A DNA stretch of 64,000 nt from Oculina patagonica (taxonomy: Eukaryota), in the NCBI RefSeq assembly GCF_052425735.1, contig NC_135761.1, positions 17,484,001 through 17,548,000 of the forward strand. The letters run 5' to 3'. Under the pieces are notes generated by a model that worked only from the letters and a program-made list of their open reading frames with translations, ran no database searches and was not told the DNA's origin. Positions within the stretch are counted from its first letter, which is position 1. The number at the start of each line of letters is the position of its first letter. Below are positions 63,421 to 64,000 of this stretch, in pieces. Made by a program: the position numbers and the translations under genes.

Positions 63421-63635
63421 GGTCCGTTTAAACAGGCGATTTTTGTTGCGCAAATTCAGTACAATTTTTGTCCCGCCAAAGTTGCAATTTCATAATCACG
63501 CGTGGAAACTTGGGTGTTTTCATGGCGATTTTATCGCTGTGATATATAGCAGGATTTTCGAACCTGCTGGAAACTTGATGGAACTTCGGCGCGACAAAAA
63601 TTGCATTGCGCGACACTGAAATCGCTAAACGGGCC
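63421..63635. mobile_element. Palindromic MITE
   Basis: ggtccgtttaaacaggcgattt ... aaatcgctaaacgggcc with inner inverted repeats; TAA/TTAA flanks. Confidence 0.55.
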
Positions 63636-64000
63636 TTAACTATTTAATTATCAATTTCATCACGCCAGTACTAAGCTATACGCATTAGACCCTTTCGTGT
63701 GTTAGGGTGCCGCGGATTGTTTTTTGGTGATAAAAATTTTTTAAAAATTAAAATTTTTTTTTTTTTTTTTTTTTAAATTTTTTTTTTAGGACCTTAAGAA
63801 CCCCCTCCGGCAGGATCCCTTCTTCCCCTAACTTTTTTTTCTCACTTCAAAAAAAATTTATTTGTTGACTATTTTGATGACAGCTTTTCTATTTTAATGT
63901 GCGTGATGCCGTTTTTGAGGGGACTGTGGCGTACAGAAACAGGTCAGGATTAGCTTTTGGTCGTTTCCCAAGTGCTTATTCAAAGTTACATGACTGTCAC

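Overview
AT-rich, intron-containing animal genomic DNA; the repeat families and gene content suggest a stony coral or other anthozoan (inference). It holds two tandem gene clusters arranged head-to-head. (1) 1-21.4 kb, minus strand: four 3-exon PM20D2-like (peptidase M20, Xaa-Arg/beta-Ala-Lys dipeptidase) paralogs. Three are intact, one carries a nonsense codon and runs off the window, and there are two decayed exon-1 relics. (2) 23.2-60.8 kb: four Notch-ligand-like genes built from a signal peptide, an MNNL/C2 domain and a chain of overlapping DSL repeats, with no EGF repeats. Two 15-repeat type-I membrane proteins in inverted orientation flank two secreted 7-8-repeat proteins. Introns and spacers contain many MITEs with resolvable target-site duplications, a 2.7-kb cargo-carrying DNA transposon, tRNA-derived SINEs, a degraded L1/Tx1 LINE and three hammerhead-ribozyme-like motifs. 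All exon boundaries were read manually from GT/AG sites and reading-frame continuity; no database searches were run.
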